DNA of 64,000 nucleotides from Opitutales bacterium (GTDB lineage: Bacteria > Verrucomicrobiota > Verrucomicrobiia > Opitutales > PNEW01), in contig CBDANS010000006.1 in assembly GCA_965197745.1 (NCBI GenBank), positions 896,001 to 960,000 of the forward strand, written 5' to 3'. The notes beneath the pieces were generated by a model, which saw nothing but the letters and a program-made list of their open reading frames with translations, ran no database searches and had not been told where the DNA came from. The stretch's first letter is position 1; every line of letters begins with the position of its first letter. The position numbers and the translations under genes were made by a program. Shown piece by piece: positions 10,156 through 20,864 of the stretch.

Positions 10156-11067
10156 ATGAAAATGAATATCGGATTTATTGGTGTAGGAATAATGGGAACT
10201 GGGATGGTATCCAACCTGTGTAAAGACGGTTTCTCCGTTAAATTTGTGGCAAGAGACGATGAACGCTCACGTGCTAATGCGCGCATCGCAAGAGAAAAGG
10301 GGGCCGTGGAAGTTGAGAATTACGAGATGCTTGCTATCGATAGCGATGTAATAATGCTCAGCCTTCCGGACTCTAACATTGTCGAACATGTCCTTTTGTC
10401 AGATCAAGGGATTGGCCCTCACCTTCGCAAGGGACAGGTAGTTGTAGATTTTTCAACGAGTTATCCCCCCTCAACACGCAAATTGTCTGAAACGCTGAAA
10501 TCCCGGGATATTGATCTCATCGATGCCCCGCTGACCGGCAGCAAACCGCAAGCCGATACGGGAACCTTAAATGTTATTGTCGGTGGACCTGAGAAAATTT
10601 TTGAAATAATTAAACCCGCATTTAATGCTATTGCCTCCAATGTCATTTATGTCGGTTCAGTCGGCATGGGGCATACCATAAAGTTGATCAATAATTATCT
10701 TGGTCAGACTAATTTAGCGGCCATTTGTGAAATTCTCGTCTTTGCCCAGACCTACGGTGTCGATCTACAAAAACTGCATGAAGTAGTTTCGGTCAGCGGC
10801 GGAAATAGCACATCATTTCAAGGCTGTATGCCACGATTCATGGCGCGTGACTTCGCCATTAATTTTCAGCAAAGATTAGTTCTGAAAGATATTCGTTACA
10901 TGACCGATTTCACTCGCGAAGCAGGTGTTCCCACCCCTCTTGCTGATACCTTACTTGCTATTCATGAACAAGCTTTTGCCAACGGTTATGGTGAAGAAGA
11001 TACTACTGCGATGCTCAAATTCTTTGAAGAAAATGCTCGCGGGTCATCCCCTCCGAAAAGCAAGTAA
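10156..11067 (+). CDS. NAD(P)-dependent beta-hydroxyacid dehydrogenase (3-hydroxyisobutyrate DH/tartronate semialdehyde reductase family)
   Basis: IGFIGVGIMG, DAPLTG, KLINNY, KDI motifs. Confidence 0.88.
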   Translation: MKMNIGFIGVGIMGTGMVSNLCKDGFSVKFVARDDERSRANARIAREKGAVEVENYEMLAIDSDVIMLSLPDSNIVEHVLLSDQGIGPHLRKGQVVVDFSTSYPPSTRKLSETLKSRDIDLIDAPLTGSKPQADTGTLNVIVGGPEKIFEIIKPAFNAIASNVIYVGSVGMGHTIKLINNYLGQTNLAAICEILVFAQTYGVDLQKLHEVVSVSGGNSTSFQGCMPRFMARDFAINFQQRLVLKDIRYMTDFTREAGVPTPLADTLLAIHEQAFANGYGEEDTTAMLKFFEENARGSSPPKSK

Positions 11068-11133
11068 ACCTGGTATTGATTAGGCAAGGCTTCTTTACTG
11101 AGCGGGAGCAGGATAATTAACGCAGGCTGTAGA

Positions 11134-12711
11134 TCAATCCGGCTTGAGTGATTTCATTACCTGTCTAAAAGTCAAAGGGGGTTGTTCAGGTATTTTAATA
11201 GGGATGATCAAGCTGACCAGGTATCCAACTACTAAGGTTGCCGATATTCCAAGCGGTGCTGGCCATATCCAACTGAGTTCGCTGAAGAAAGCGACATAAA
11301 TTGCGGTAGTCAGACCCCCAATAGCCCCTATCACGACACCGATGCTATGTGTTTTACTGCTGAACATCCCGAGGACAAAGATTCCAAAGAGCGGACCGTA
11401 AAATGATCCGATAATTCTATTCGCAACCGCGTATAATTCCCCCATACGTCCCACGTTACTGGCAACAATTATCATAACTATTCCTATACCGAGGTTAGCG
11501 ATACGTGAAACAAGAATTTGTTTACGCTCTTCCTCGGCACTGAGATTTTCAGCGGGCCGAATTCTCCCCAGGTATAACCGGTTATAGAAATCTACGACAA
11601 TAACCGAAGTCGTAGAATTAATAGCGGCATCGACACTGGATAATGACGCTGCAATAATAGCGGCGATGACCAATCCGGTTAGACCGACTGGAAAATGATT
11701 CGCCATAAAATAAGGTAAGATATGATCATTTTGAATGCCCTGAGGAAATCCGGCATGATGATAAAAAGCGAATAACGCCAGTCCCACAAAACCGAGAAAT
11801 ATCATCCACACCGTATCGGATACCGCATTAATAAGATACGACTTTCTCGCTTCATCTACGGAGCGAATTGCCTGGAAACGCAGGATGGCAATCTGATCGG
11901 CTGTAAATGCTGTGATTCGACCAATCAATACCGCGAGGACAATACCAACCAGTGTCAAATCTTCTGTCAGGTAGAGACGAATTTTCTCCATTATCGTAGC
12001 CCCCTGCATTTCAGGGATGTCTGCGGTCAAATTTATCCTCCCTGATTCCTGGGCCAACCGGTAAAGTTCACTAAACCCACCGGGGATATTTGAGATGATA
12101 AAATAAAGGGTGGCAAAGAGACCGCCAAACATCACAAAGAATTGTGTTACATCCGTCCAGATAACCGCTTTCATTCCCCCCAGCATGGTGTATATCGTGA
12201 CCAATGATCCCAGGATAATGATCATCCAGGATATATCCAATTGACCACCCGTAGCCGCTTTTACGGCAAGACAGGGAACATATAACGCGGCTCCCATCCA
12301 ACCGAGTCGCCACAGTATAAATATAGTTGAACCAACAACACGGACTGCGAGACCAAAGCGAAGTTCTAAATATTCATAGGCCGAAAAAACATTCAGGCGT
12401 CGGTAAAACGGAATCGTTACTTTTGTCACCCACGGATAAAGGGGTATCCAACTTAAAAATGACATGACCGTTACCATGCCGATTCCAAATACGACCGCTG
12501 GAGTATTGATATAATCGAGCCCGCTGTTAAGAGCCGCCATGAGCGAAATGCCAACGCTCAACCATCCCAGTTGCTTTCCGCTTTTAAAAAAATCGTCGAG
12601 GGTTTTCTGTTTCCTCGAAAAGTAAAATCCGATCCCAATGAGGGTGCCCAAGTAGAAAAAAATGATCAAACCATCAATAAGATTGATCCCACTGTTGTTC
12701 ATGGTGTTCAA
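11134..12711 (-). CDS. Sodium:solute symporter (SSS family)
   Basis: Multiple TM segments, SAYEYLELRFG, GGMKAVIWTD, AASLSSVDAAINS. Confidence 0.92.
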   Translation of the reverse strand: MNTMNNSGINLIDGLIIFFYLGTLIGIGFYFSRKQKTLDDFFKSGKQLGWLSVGISLMAALNSGLDYINTPAVVFGIGMVTVMSFLSWIPLYPWVTKVTIPFYRRLNVFSAYEYLELRFGLAVRVVGSTIFILWRLGWMGAALYVPCLAVKAATGGQLDISWMIIILGSLVTIYTMLGGMKAVIWTDVTQFFVMFGGLFATLYFIISNIPGGFSELYRLAQESGRINLTADIPEMQGATIMEKIRLYLTEDLTLVGIVLAVLIGRITAFTADQIAILRFQAIRSVDEARKSYLINAVSDTVWMIFLGFVGLALFAFYHHAGFPQGIQNDHILPYFMANHFPVGLTGLVIAAIIAASLSSVDAAINSTTSVIVVDFYNRLYLGRIRPAENLSAEEERKQILVSRIANLGIGIVMIIVASNVGRMGELYAVANRIIGSFYGPLFGIFVLGMFSSKTHSIGVVIGAIGGLTTAIYVAFFSELSWIWPAPLGISATLVVGYLVSLIIPIKIPEQPPLTFRQVMKSLKPD

Positions 12712-13395
12712 GTTATCAATTTATGGTTTATACAATATGAAACCATTTTGAATACTAAGTATCATTTACAGTATGATCCTTCAGTATACCAAGTATGTTT
12801 CAAGAATTATGATCACCATTTCTATAGATTCGTGTTCACGCGAGTTCCCTTTGTGCAGGTTACAGGCTCTATTATCTTTTAGAAACCGGGAGGTGGGAAA
12901 AGGCGGAATCAGCGCATCATGTTTATTCTTACGATTCAGCAGCAGGATTCACATTGATATAGAAACAGCAGATAAAAATTATCTATAAAATCCCGTTGAC
13001 TGCCCCCGACTAGAAGAATTGCTCTTAGATTGGCTCCAACGGGATCAAAAACGGGTGGTAGAGGAGTGACAAAGCTAATTCTCGGCTGATTCACCTTCGC
13101 CCCTTGCAGGTCTACGTCACCAGTCCAGGGACATTAATATATATCCCATGGCTGCTGACAAAGACCCAATTCCCCCTGGACGACCCCTGGCAAAAGACCA
13201 GCGATAAGGATAATCCTATGAGGATGATAGCGTTGACTCCCGGACTGATGTCCGAGGGGTTAAATGAGAAAAGTCCATAATTATTTAAGCTAAGGAACTA
13301 CCCTGCTTGACAGGGTCTGATTTCTTAATTTATCTTTCGCGGTGCAGTGAAAATAAAAGGCTTTAAATGGAATAATAGATGGGGGAAAATTAGAA

Positions 13396-14298
13396 ATGAA
13401 AAATTTTGAGTATATAGCGCCCACAAGTTTACGGAAGGCAACATCCTTGCTGGCCGAAAAAAATGGAAACGCGCGAATCCTGGCGGGGGGCACAGATCTT
13501 CTTGTCCAACTGAGAGTCAATAGATTTCAGGTCGATCGCGTCATCGATGTGAAAAACATCCCCGAGCTTAACGAGCTATCATACGGATCTAAAAAAGGGC
13601 TATCCATAGGCGCTGCGGTCCCTTGTCATCGCATATATGAGGATTCTGAGTGCACACAGCGCTATCCCGGATTGATAGATTCAGCATCTATCATCGGGGG
13701 TATCCAAATCCAGGGAAGAGCCTCTTTTGGGGGTAATATCTGTAATTCATCACCGAGTGCAGATACGATTCCCGTTCTCATAGCCTATGGCAGTAAATGC
13801 GAAATTGTCGGCCCTAATGGTAAACGTATGGTGCCTATGGAAGACTTTTGCACAGGGCCAGGGAAGAACATTTTAGAACCAGGTGAAATACTCGTGTCGA
13901 TTCGGATTCCATCCAATAAGAAAGATTCCGGGGCCCATTATCTTCGGTTTATTCCCAGAAATGAAATGGACATCGCGGTCGTGGGCGCAGGAGCCTATGT
14001 CGAGCTGGGCAATCGGAAAAAGAAATTTAAAAAAGCTCGCATTTCTCTGGGAGCAGTCGCCCCTACGCCACTTTTTGTTCGCGAAGCCGGTGAATTGCTG
14101 ACCGGGCGCGAAGTGAGCGACGATACGATTGAGGAGGCGGCGGAAGCGGCAAAAGCGGCGGCCCGCCCTATTTCGGATATGCGCGGGACAGCGGAATACC
14201 GAACCCATTTGGTGGGAGTATTGACTAAACGGGCACTGCACGGTGCTGTTAAACGTGCCCGTGGCGAGTTTGTCCCCAATGCGGTGCAGGCAAGTTAA
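13396..14298 (+). CDS. Xanthine dehydrogenase/CoxM-family FAD-binding subunit
   Basis: LAGGTDL, ASFGGNICNSSPSAD, PISDMRGTAEYR. Confidence 0.92.
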   Translation: MKNFEYIAPTSLRKATSLLAEKNGNARILAGGTDLLVQLRVNRFQVDRVIDVKNIPELNELSYGSKKGLSIGAAVPCHRIYEDSECTQRYPGLIDSASIIGGIQIQGRASFGGNICNSSPSADTIPVLIAYGSKCEIVGPNGKRMVPMEDFCTGPGKNILEPGEILVSIRIPSNKKDSGAHYLRFIPRNEMDIAVVGAGAYVELGNRKKKFKKARISLGAVAPTPLFVREAGELLTGREVSDDTIEEAAEAAKAAARPISDMRGTAEYRTHLVGVLTKRALHGAVKRARGEFVPNAVQAS

Positions 14299-14355
14299 CC
14301 CGCATGATAATTATAAATTACAATTGATTAAGAATCCTATTAAACAACGAATCTT

Positions 14356-14838
14356 ATGAATAGAGTTCACGTACAGTGTAAGATAAATGGAGAGACAATC
14401 GAATTTCTCTGCGAACCACGGCAAAGCTTGCTCGAGGTCTTGCGGGAAGAACTTGGATTTACCGGGAGCAAGGAAGGCTGCAACGATGGTAACTGTGGCG
14501 CATGCACGGTAATCATGGATGGCGTGATCGTCGATTCCTGCCTTGTTTTTGCCGTCGAAGTCCAGGGAAAAGAGATCACTACCGTAGAGGGAATTGCCAC
14601 ACCCGCTGGTTTGCATCCCCTGCAACAGAAATTCCTCGAGAACGCAAGTCTGCAGTGCGGGATCTGCACCCCCGGATTTCTCGTTGCTGCTAAAGCTTTG
14701 CTCGATCACAACCCGAATCCGACCGAACATGAAATTCGCCATTGGCTGGCCGGCAATCTATGCCGTTGTACCGGATACGATAAGATTATCCGAGCGGTTC
14801 AGGATGCCAGTGCGGTCATAAGTAGCAAAAGTGCCTGA
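14356..14838 (+). CDS. Xanthine dehydrogenase/CoxS-family 2x[2Fe-2S] subunit
   Basis: GCNDGNCGACT...SC, QCGICTPG, GNLCRCTGY. Confidence 0.95.
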   Translation: MNRVHVQCKINGETIEFLCEPRQSLLEVLREELGFTGSKEGCNDGNCGACTVIMDGVIVDSCLVFAVEVQGKEITTVEGIATPAGLHPLQQKFLENASLQCGICTPGFLVAAKALLDHNPNPTEHEIRHWLAGNLCRCTGYDKIIRAVQDASAVISSKSA

Positions 14839-14870
14839 AAATAAAAATCTTGAATGAGGAGAAAAAGCTG

Positions 14871-17177
14871 ATGTCAAACAACTCAGGAAATGGAAAGTAT
14901 AAAGTAATAGGGACACGCCCTATCCGCCACGACGGGACAGATAAGGTCATCGGTAAAGCGATCTATGGTGGCGATGTCCGCCTGCCCGGCATGCTCCATG
15001 GCCAGATCCTCCGCAGCCCCCACGCTCACGCACGCATCAAATCCATTGATACGAGCAAGGCGGAAGCGCTGGAAGGGGTACGCGCGGTGGTCACCTCAAA
15101 AGATTTACCCAAAACCAATGAAGACGACATGATCGATTTGGGCGAGGGGATGACCCGCTTAAAATATATACGCGATAACATCCTGGCCAGCGATAAGGTT
15201 CTTTACCGGGGGCATGCAGTTGCCGGTGTCGGAGCGATTAACCAGCAAACTGCTGACGAGGCACTCTCGCTGATAAAAATTGAATACGAGGTCTTACCGC
15301 CCGTAGTCAATGTTCTCGAAGCGATGAAGGATGATGCCCCGTTACTTCACGATACCCTGACCACGGTTGAACTAGAAGAGGAAACAGACAAAAAGAGCAA
15401 TATTGCGGCTCACCTCCAGAACAAAATAGGTGACCCGGACAAAGGATTTAAAGAAGCCGACATTGTAATCGAGCACGAATTCAATACCGCCACTGTCCAC
15501 CAGGGCTATATCGAACCCCATAATGGCACTGCGGTATGGAATCCTGACGGTCAACTCACGATATGGACCAGTACCCAGGGTGCATTTGTGGTGCAAAAGC
15601 AAGCAGCCGCTGTTCTTGATCATCCTATTTCCAAAATTAAAGTAGTACCCCAGGAGATTGGCGGTGGTTTTGGGGGTAAAATTCCAATTTATTTAGAGCC
15701 GGTGGCCGCTCTGCTCTCCCGTAAAACCGGGCTTCCGGTAAAGTTGCTTATGACGCGGGCGGGTGTTTTCGAAGGCACAGGTCCTACTCCAGGGAGTTAT
15801 GTCCGCCTTAAATTAGGCGCGGACAAGTCGGGCAAATTGGTCGCTGGTGATGCCTATCTTGCCATCGAGGCCGGTGGGTACCCAGGTTCACCGATGTTTT
15901 GTGGGGTTATGTGCGTATTTTCCTGTTACGAGATCCCCAACGCAATTGTCAATGGATATGATGTGGTGGTGAATAAACCGAAGGTGGCCCCCTACCGGGC
16001 GCCGTGTTCGACCCAGGTAGCCTTTGCGATCGAAACGATGATGGATGAAATTGCCGAAAAACTGGGTATGGATCCTTTTGACTTTCGCCTTAAAAATGCC
16101 GCAAAAGAGGGAATGCGCCGCGTCGATGGACTCGTTTACCCGCGCATTGGCTGTGTGGAAACGATGGAAGCGGGAAAAGGCTCAGACCATTATACTTCAC
16201 CTTTAGAAGGACCCTATCGTGGCCGAGGTGTGGCCACAGGTTATTGGTTTAATATTGGGTTTAAATCCTGCGTTACGGCCAGTGTTAATGAAGATGGCAC
16301 CGTCAATCTGATGGAAGGATCAACGGATATTGGGGGCAGCCGCACCTCGATCGCTATGCAATTCGCAGAGGTCCTCGGATTACCCGTTGAAGACGTTAAT
16401 CCCCGGGTAGGTGACACGGGAGAAATCGGTTTTAATGACGTCACTGGGGGCAGCCGCACGACCTATGCAACCGGTTATGCCGCCCATAATGCAGCTCAAG
16501 ATGTTAAGGGTCAAATGCTGGAGCGCGCGGCCAATCACTGGGAGGTGTCAGCGGATGAGGTGGAGTATTCTGACGAACTTTTCAAACTTAAGAGTGACTC
16601 GTCTAAGAAACTGAACTTCAAAGAATTAGCTGCCATAGTCAGTTCATCTGACAGCCCTGTAATCGGGCGAGGCACCGTCAATCTGGGCTTCCATATCGGC
16701 GGTTCATTTGCGACAAATGTAGTCGACGTAGAAGTGGATCCCGAGACCGGGAAAGTAAAAATCCTCCGCTTTACCGCTATCCAAGACGCCGGTAAAGCCA
16801 TTCATCCCAGTTATGTTGAGGGCCAGATGCAAGGGGGCTCGGTCCAGGGTATAGGATGGGCATTGAACGAAGAGTACTTCTACAATGCGGATGGTAAGAT
16901 GGAAAATTCGACTTTTCTGGATTACCGCATCCCGACTGCGCTCGATCTGCCAATGATAGAAACCATCATTGTCGAGGTTCCCAATCCGAGTCATCCCTAT
17001 GGGGTGCGCGGTGTGGGTGAAGCAAATATCGTACCTCCACCCGCCGCAATTACCAATGCAATATACAATGCCATCGGCATTCGCTTCCGCGAATTACCGG
17101 TGCGACCTGATCGGATTGTAGCAGCTCTCGCAGCAAAGAAGGAATCCGAACCCCTGGAAGCCGTGGCCGGGTCTTAA
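14871..17177 (+). CDS. Xanthine dehydrogenase-family molybdopterin-binding large subunit
   Basis: ILRSPHAHARI, IGGGFGGK, YRAP loop, EGQMQGG...QGIG, RGVGE. Start set at ATG 14871, behind a GAGGAG RBS. Confidence 0.92.
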   Translation: MSNNSGNGKYKVIGTRPIRHDGTDKVIGKAIYGGDVRLPGMLHGQILRSPHAHARIKSIDTSKAEALEGVRAVVTSKDLPKTNEDDMIDLGEGMTRLKYIRDNILASDKVLYRGHAVAGVGAINQQTADEALSLIKIEYEVLPPVVNVLEAMKDDAPLLHDTLTTVELEEETDKKSNIAAHLQNKIGDPDKGFKEADIVIEHEFNTATVHQGYIEPHNGTAVWNPDGQLTIWTSTQGAFVVQKQAAAVLDHPISKIKVVPQEIGGGFGGKIPIYLEPVAALLSRKTGLPVKLLMTRAGVFEGTGPTPGSYVRLKLGADKSGKLVAGDAYLAIEAGGYPGSPMFCGVMCVFSCYEIPNAIVNGYDVVVNKPKVAPYRAPCSTQVAFAIETMMDEIAEKLGMDPFDFRLKNAAKEGMRRVDGLVYPRIGCVETMEAGKGSDHYTSPLEGPYRGRGVATGYWFNIGFKSCVTASVNEDGTVNLMEGSTDIGGSRTSIAMQFAEVLGLPVEDVNPRVGDTGEIGFNDVTGGSRTTYATGYAAHNAAQDVKGQMLERAANHWEVSADEVEYSDELFKLKSDSSKKLNFKELAAIVSSSDSPVIGRGTVNLGFHIGGSFATNVVDVEVDPETGKVKILRFTAIQDAGKAIHPSYVEGQMQGGSVQGIGWALNEEYFYNADGKMENSTFLDYRIPTALDLPMIETIIVEVPNPSHPYGVRGVGEANIVPPPAAITNAIYNAIGIRFRELPVRPDRIVAALAAKKESEPLEAVAGS

Positions 17178-17180
17178 TTC

Positions 17181-17444
17181 ATGGCTAAGGTTTTGATACC
17201 TCCCTTAATGCAGAAATTGACCGACGGGAAAACTGAAGTTTCCGTAGAAGGTAAGACTGTGCGGGAGGTCATTGAAAACCTGGAAAAAGCATTCCCGGGG
17301 ACCAAGGATCGTATATGTGAAGATGGCGCTATCCGCCCGAATATCGCAGTTGCCGTTAACAGCGAAATTATAACTACCGGTTTGCGCCAGAAAATAGATC
17401 CCAAATGTGAAGTGCATTTCCTTCCCGCCATAAGCGGGGGGTGA
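17181..17444 (+). CDS. MoaD/ThiS family sulfur-carrier protein
   Basis: 87 aa ubiquitin-like protein ending FLPAISGG, last gene of the molybdoenzyme operon. Confidence 0.9.
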   Translation: MAKVLIPPLMQKLTDGKTEVSVEGKTVREVIENLEKAFPGTKDRICEDGAIRPNIAVAVNSEIITTGLRQKIDPKCEVHFLPAISGG

Positions 17445-17462
17445 TGAAGGATACCTTATAAT

Positions 17463-17508
17463 TTGTCATTGCGAGGATCCCGCAAACGCGGGAGACGTGG
17501 CAATCCAG
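17463..17508. repeat. Palindromic repeat family C (TGTCATTGCGAG...GCAATC), half copy
   Basis: TTGTCATTGCGAGGATCCCGCAAACGCGGGAGACGTGGCAATCCAG. Relatives at 20418-20548, 47002-47173, 54750-54796 and 54847-54909. Confidence 0.8.
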
Positions 17509-17576
17509 ATTATTTAAATATTAGGTATTATAGATCTTTTATCCTACTTCATTCTTTCGTCAATACACCATAGTCA

Positions 17577-17652
17577 TGGGGGACTCATTCTGTTGCGTCC
17601 GGAAATATTATATTTTTATACTTATCTCGGCCACGACGGAGCGTGGCCCTCC
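17577..17652. repeat. REP-like paired repeat family A (GGAGGG..CACGC..CGTCG ... CGACGGAGCGT.GCCCTCC)
   Basis: Ends in CGGCCACGACGGAGCGTGGCCCTCC. Copies at 31754-31880, 40494-40613, 41536-41617 and 45044-45110. Confidence 0.8.
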
Positions 17653-17669
17653 AGATTTTATCTTACCCG

Positions 17670-19001
17670 CTATTTCTTCTCCAGATTATTTATTTTCTCT
17701 CGCAACGCATCCCGCTCGATTAAGCAATTATGCAGGCGGTAAGCCGCTTCATGTAAGACCTGGAGGCGACTCCAGCTTTCCCAGAACCCAGCGACATAAA
17801 ATGATTGCATTTTTTTTCTCAGCTTTTCGGATATTTCGATTTTTTCGTCTAATGGCGGAGTGATAGGGACCTCGATGGTTGAAAAATCTGACTCCTCGTC
17901 CATTTTTTCTATTGCTTCCATCACTTTTGCTACGGGAATGTCCTTAATACAGGTGCGATAATCAAAGAGGCAGTACCACTGGCATCCCTTGCAGGGAATA
18001 TCTCCCTGCAGGACTTTGACTCTGCCCCGCTGCGGGAAAAATCGCCTTTCCTGTCCCGCTCCAAATAACGCCACAGTAGGGCAGTCCAGAGCCGCAGCCA
18101 AATGCGTGTAAGCCGTATCGTTGCAGATAAAAAGTGAAACCTCATGTATCAAGCGAGATAAATCAGGAAGATCCTGTGGTGAAAATATTCGCCGCTCATT
18201 ATCTAATGTCGTGGGAAATTCCTTAAAAGTTGCCCCATCATCAGGCCCTTCAATCCATATCACCTGGTAACCCGCAGCCTTTAATTTCTCACTCAATTTC
18301 AGAAAATTATCGAACGGCCAGGCCCGTTTGATGTTCTCTCCCACTCCGGGCGCAATAGCGGCCATTTTTTTGCTACTCGATAGCAAATCATCAGTCTTAT
18401 TTTTAAAATTTAGGTCCATCGACAGTTTTCGATCATCATTGAAGAGAAGGGTGAATAGTCGACCGAGTTGCGTATATTCCGAATCTTCCAGTGACGAGGG
18501 GATTTCTTCGGTAAAATAGGGCTCCTCAACACCAACTATCTGTGCCACATGTCCCGTAAATAACTGGTAGGTATCATTTTTCTCAAACCCCACACGTCGA
18601 GGAGCTCGACTCAATGCAATTGTTAAATCGCTCAGCCAACTTCTATTAATCATCGGCGAGATGGCAGTATCCCAGGAAATGGCTTCGATGAATGCTTTCC
18701 ACCAGAGAATAAGATCCGTGGTATCTTCACCCCAATCACTGAGGGGATGAACGGGATAGGGAAGAAAATGGATACACCCGGATGGCTCGTGGCCCAAACG
18801 TTTAGCCTCGACCACGGGGTCGCCGTTGAGATCGAGCAAAAAAACCCCAGCCTTGGGAAGAAGTTCGGCGACCGCGTCCATCCCGGTGCGGACATGCCAG
18901 ATAATCCGCGCATCAGGGTTGGCTTCCAGGAGTTGCTGCACGTAGCCCGCCGCGATTAACTGGTCTCCCAGGGAATCCGGTTTTGATATTAAAATATTCA
19001 T
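17670..19001 (-). CDS. Glycosyltransferase family 9 (heptosyltransferase-like)
   Basis: KPDSLGD start, PG...KRAWP, ICNDTAYTHLAAALDCPTVALFG, CxxCxxxC cluster. Confidence 0.85.
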   Translation of the reverse strand: MNILISKPDSLGDQLIAAGYVQQLLEANPDARIIWHVRTGMDAVAELLPKAGVFLLDLNGDPVVEAKRLGHEPSGCIHFLPYPVHPLSDWGEDTTDLILWWKAFIEAISWDTAISPMINRSWLSDLTIALSRAPRRVGFEKNDTYQLFTGHVAQIVGVEEPYFTEEIPSSLEDSEYTQLGRLFTLLFNDDRKLSMDLNFKNKTDDLLSSSKKMAAIAPGVGENIKRAWPFDNFLKLSEKLKAAGYQVIWIEGPDDGATFKEFPTTLDNERRIFSPQDLPDLSRLIHEVSLFICNDTAYTHLAAALDCPTVALFGAGQERRFFPQRGRVKVLQGDIPCKGCQWYCLFDYRTCIKDIPVAKVMEAIEKMDEESDFSTIEVPITPPLDEKIEISEKLRKKMQSFYVAGFWESWSRLQVLHEAAYRLHNCLIERDALREKINNLEKK

Positions 19002-19242
19002 GATTGCCGCTAATTCTCTAGCTAGTCCACTCTCTATTTGATGGCAAGTTTAACCACGGATGTGCGTGAATTATCATCTACACAATAATATGAAGAGAAA
19101 ATTATAGAGTATATTGTGTTCCACGTGAAACAATATCCGTGACAGATTATGATCGAATAAAGCCCTCTTCCAGTAGATATTGAGATCTGCATTATGAATG
19201 TATTTTCATCGTGAATTCTTCGTGGTTTCATAATATTAAAAT

Positions 19243-20265
19243 ATGAAATGGTCGGTCATTATCCCCATGGGGAGGCCGGAAAGAGCAGGAAACACCCTGC
19301 GCTCACTGGCGAACCAGAGCTACTTCCCTGAGTCCTGGGAGGTCCTTCTTGTCGGTGTTAAAGCGCGGGAAGTTACCGATGCGTTTCCAGATCTGCCAAT
19401 TGTCCCCGTTCCACTTGAGAGAAATGAACTGCCCCCAAAAACGCGGCTCATAGGCTCCGATCATGCCCAGGGTGACTGGTTTATTTTCGTTGATGACGAC
19501 ATGGAACTGGCACCCGACTATTTTCAATGTCTTAACTCCATAATAAATAATGATAGGGCTGATGGAGAAAAACCGCCCGCCGTTATTGGGGCTCGCTTAC
19601 CGGGAGTGAAAAATAACTTTTGTGACCGCCTTACGAATATTTCAAATTTCTGGTCCCAGCAAGGTGACCTACCCGGCTCGCGTCCCTGGCTATACAGTGC
19701 GGCAATTGCTATCCGTGCTAATGCTTATGAGAAAGTCGGTGGATTTAACCCTCACCTGCCCAATGGTGAGGATATCGATCTTACTCAAAAGCTGGTTCGG
19801 GCCGGCTACAATCTGCTTTATGAGCCCTCTCTTATCGCCTACCATAATCATGGTCGTACCACCCCTTTAAAGATGCTGGTCTACTTCTGGAAAAACGGTA
19901 ACACTGCCCTGTTTTTCAACCAGGAGTCCCTGGTGACGCGCTGTTTCAGCTTTAAAACTGTTATCATCCACGCCTGGAACGACCTGCAAAATAATCGGCG
20001 CTTAAACGTTTCTCAGGTATCCGGGTTTTACCGATGCTTCCCTTTTATCCTAATCAACTACTTCATTTTTCAATCCTCGATCGAGTGGCACTATCAGAAA
20101 TATCTCTGGGAAAACAGCCAGTTTCGTCACCTTCCTCTTCCTCAAGCCGGAGACCAAAGTTCCTTCCAAGCGTTCGTCCATTTTAAAAAGAACCACCCTA
20201 TAATAGGCGCACTTCTTTATGCCCGGGCGATGATCGAGGATTTCCGCCACCCGGTGCGGAGGTGA
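19243..20265 (+). CDS. Glycosyltransferase family 2
   Basis: SVIIP start, FIFVDDD, VGGFN...GEDIDL. Confidence 0.88.
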   Translation: MKWSVIIPMGRPERAGNTLRSLANQSYFPESWEVLLVGVKAREVTDAFPDLPIVPVPLERNELPPKTRLIGSDHAQGDWFIFVDDDMELAPDYFQCLNSIINNDRADGEKPPAVIGARLPGVKNNFCDRLTNISNFWSQQGDLPGSRPWLYSAAIAIRANAYEKVGGFNPHLPNGEDIDLTQKLVRAGYNLLYEPSLIAYHNHGRTTPLKMLVYFWKNGNTALFFNQESLVTRCFSFKTVIIHAWNDLQNNRRLNVSQVSGFYRCFPFILINYFIFQSSIEWHYQKYLWENSQFRHLPLPQAGDQSSFQAFVHFKKNHPIIGALLYARAMIEDFRHPVRR

Positions 20266-20300
20266 GGTTAGTCTTAGGCTGTAGACGCTATGAAGTGATA

Positions 20301-20379
20301 TGGAGCGGGCTGTCCCTTGTACCCTTCTTATAATTTGTGCTTTAAAGATTAGTACGCGCCAGGGACAGCACGTTCCACC
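20301..20379. repeat. REP-like paired repeat family B (GGTGGAACGCGCTGTCCC ... GGGACAGCACGTTCCACC)
   Basis: Inverted pair TGGAGCGGGCTGTCCCT / AGGGACAGCACGTTCCAC. Further copies at about 20716-20740, 43538-43566 and 50561-50717. Confidence 0.75.
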
Positions 20380-20417
20380 TAATCTCACTGCTTATTTCTT
20401 AGCACTTACCTTCTCAC

Positions 20418-20548
20418 TTGTCATTGCGAGGAGCAACGCGACGCGGCTACCGAGCAACAGCGACATCTTCCATTCCAGGCAAATGTCGGTTGCGTATTGA
20501 CATCCCCCTGGATTGCCACAGTCGGTAACACCTCCTTCGCAATGACAA
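20418..20548. repeat. Palindromic repeat family C, full copy with internal micro-insertion
   Basis: TTGTCATTGCGAGGAG ... CCTTCGCAATGACAA terminal inverted repeats. Confidence 0.8.
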
Positions 20549-20864
20549 AAGGAGAAATTTAGAAATCGTTTTGTCTGCAATTGGCCCTGAGCGCATGCCG
20601 AAGGGAGGGCTCATTGAAGGCCAAGCTGCAACAAGCATCCAGGATCAGGGATCCTACCCCTGCATGATTTTCTTAACCACAATCACCTTGACTCGCCGTA
20701 GTTCTCAGACATTAGCGTGCTAGGGACAGCCCGCTCCACCTCGCTCTCAGTGTTTGTCGTTTACTTCCATCCACTTATTCCAGATGTCACGATAGGTGCT
20801 CTCGAGGCGCCTTGTAAAACTTTCTTCGTCCATCAGGGGGCTTTTCTCCATGCGTGATCGAAGG

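Noticed and set aside
12712..13395. Riboswitch or ncRNA (e.g. Moco RNA) in the long intergenic region upstream of the molybdoenzyme operon
   Set aside because: No recognisable conserved motif or terminator structure. It would need an Rfam/Infernal search.
13396..17177. Aerobic CO dehydrogenase coxMSL
   Set aside because: The large subunit lacks both AYRCSFR and AYRGAGR signatures, and no cox accessory genes are adjacent.
17576..17863. Short ORFs sharing SATTERGPP (also 41415-41672) as a peptide family
   Set aside because: The shared peptide is simply the translation of repeat family A.
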